DNA of 64,000 bases from Octopus sinensis (taxonomy: Eukaryota). Within the stretch, counting starts at the first letter, position 1. Every line of letters starts with the position of its first letter. Shown one piece after another: positions 63,093 through 64,000 of this stretch. The position numbers and the translations under genes were made by a program. Under the pieces are notes generated by a model. It ran no database searches, was not told where the DNA came from, and was given only the letters and a program-made list of their open reading frames with translations. The stretch spans positions 22,381,360 to 22,445,359 of the forward strand of contig NC_043019.1 of NCBI RefSeq assembly GCF_006345805.1, written 5' to 3'.

Positions 63093-63139
63093 ACAGTGGA
63101 TATCAATATTTCACTGTTATTTCAGCTCGTCAGCACCAT
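63093..63139 (-). ncRNA. Type I hammerhead ribozyme motif downstream of the P4HA stop, same strand
   Basis: Minus: atggtg CTGACGA gctg aaataa cagt GAA atattgatat C cactgt. Stem I 6 bp (2 G-U), intact core, stem II 4 bp (G-U closing pair), near-palindromic stem III, AUC triplet. Confidence 0.8.
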
Positions 63140-63692
63140 ATACTCAAGTCACGCTCAAAATAAATTCGAATCTCTGGTCTGAGGTATATAACCTATCTCC
63201 TGATGTATAAAAGCACTGCACAAGTAAAACAAATTCAATTTTGAGTTAGAGGGAGCACTTATAATATAGACCATGATGTCACACACATAAACACCTACAT
63301 ATATAATATATTACTGTATATTACTTGTGCTGGTTTCAGTCAATCACCTGGTTATGCCCATACTGGGGCATATATCTCAAAGTTCCAACACCACTACCAC
63401 CACCACAACGTTTTTTTTTCTTTTTGCTTTGTTTTCCGGAGAATGCAGGAGTTTTGATGTGTAGATGAGCACTAGAGAGAGACGCACAGACAGACACAAG
63501 ACAGATGAGAGAAGAGACGAGGAAGGGGAGTGAAGCAAAACAAAAATGAGCCTGAAACTCAGGGCAAGACATGAGAGAGAGGGAGGTGGGGATGAGGAGA
63601 ATAGGTGAGAGGAAAGAACAAAGGAAGAAGAGGAAGAAATAGGGAACATGAGTCCAGGGCAGTAGTTAGTGATGATAGTTTTGGATGGAGAT

Positions 63693-63698
63693 TTTATT
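63693..63698 (-). promoter_or_regulatory. Candidate proximal P4HA polyadenylation signal
   Basis: AATAAA on the minus strand about 70 nt after the stop codon. Confidence 0.35.
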
Positions 63699-63764
63699 TA
63701 TATTTTTGTTTTACTTATTTATTTTTTTTTTTCCAGTTCTATTGATTAGGAGTCTAAAATTGTT

Positions 63765-63932
63765 CTATAACTTGGAGCTTAAACTGCATGGTCGTCGAAA
63801 TTCTTGGCCTCGCTCGTGGATCCATTTGTTCATTACCCATTTGTTACCCACCAAGACTGGGCAGGCGGCGTGTCGCGTATTGAAGATTCCTTCTCCACTC
63901 TTGTGCAAGTTGTACCAGAATGCGGCTGTGCC
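63765..63932 (-). CDS. P4HA: Prolyl 4-hydroxylase alpha subunit, last coding exon (rest of gene lies beyond the window)
   Basis: Minus strand: acceptor tttcttgatAG, then GTAAFWYNLHKSGEGIFNTRHAACPVLVGNKWVMNKWIHERGQEFRRPCSLSSKL* (55 aa + TAG). Matches the P4HA C-terminal motif FWYNL..SGEG...TRHAACPVLVG.KWV.NKW.HERGQEF.RPC (Fe-binding His, 2-oxoglutarate-binding Lys). The paralogue cannot be assigned. Confidence 0.93.
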   Translation of the reverse strand, partial: GTAAFWYNLHKSGEGIFNTRHAACPVLVGNKWVMNKWIHERGQEFRRPCSLSSKL

Positions 63933-64000
63933 CTATCAAGAAATAATTATAAAGTAAATCTTGTGAATTTGAAATAATCTTCAAATTACTGAAAGTGGAA

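Noticed and set aside
63830-63840. Potential splice donor TGG|GTAATG inside the P4HA exon
   Set aside because: The P4HA motif VMNKWIHERGQEF continues in frame directly after it, so it is read as coding.

Overview
Repeat-dense animal genomic DNA. The SINE families and very high (TA)n/(CA)n/(ATT)n load suggest an Octopus-like cephalopod (inference). Two protein-coding genes are supported. The first is a complete 3-exon CHAC2-type glutathione-specific gamma-glutamylcyclotransferase on + (exons 5129-5263, 48871-48912, 51565-51933; 181 aa; 43.6-kb first intron). The second is the last coding exon of a convergent prolyl 4-hydroxylase alpha subunit on - (63932-63765). The rest is mostly tRNA-derived SINEs (at least four families), RTE and restriction-like-endonuclease LINE fragments, a fragmented Ty3/Gypsy fossil, mariner/Tigger/hAT/piggyBac/Helitron relics and microsatellites. 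The main unexplained signal is a set of type I hammerhead ribozyme motifs with palindromic stem III, as known from Penelope-like elements and retrozymes. Three have an intact core and closing pairs (1837-1879, 53395-53467, 63093-63139) and two differ at one position (2326-2361, 35688-35746); all five are on the minus strand. One sits in a 425-bp unit with a 53-bp terminal redundancy (retrozyme-like). One sits in an inverted repeat whose second arm starts at the predicted cleavage site. One lies in sense about 630 nt downstream of the P4HA stop. All folds were read by eye and activity is untested. TE boundaries are approximate unless a TSD or TIR is cited.
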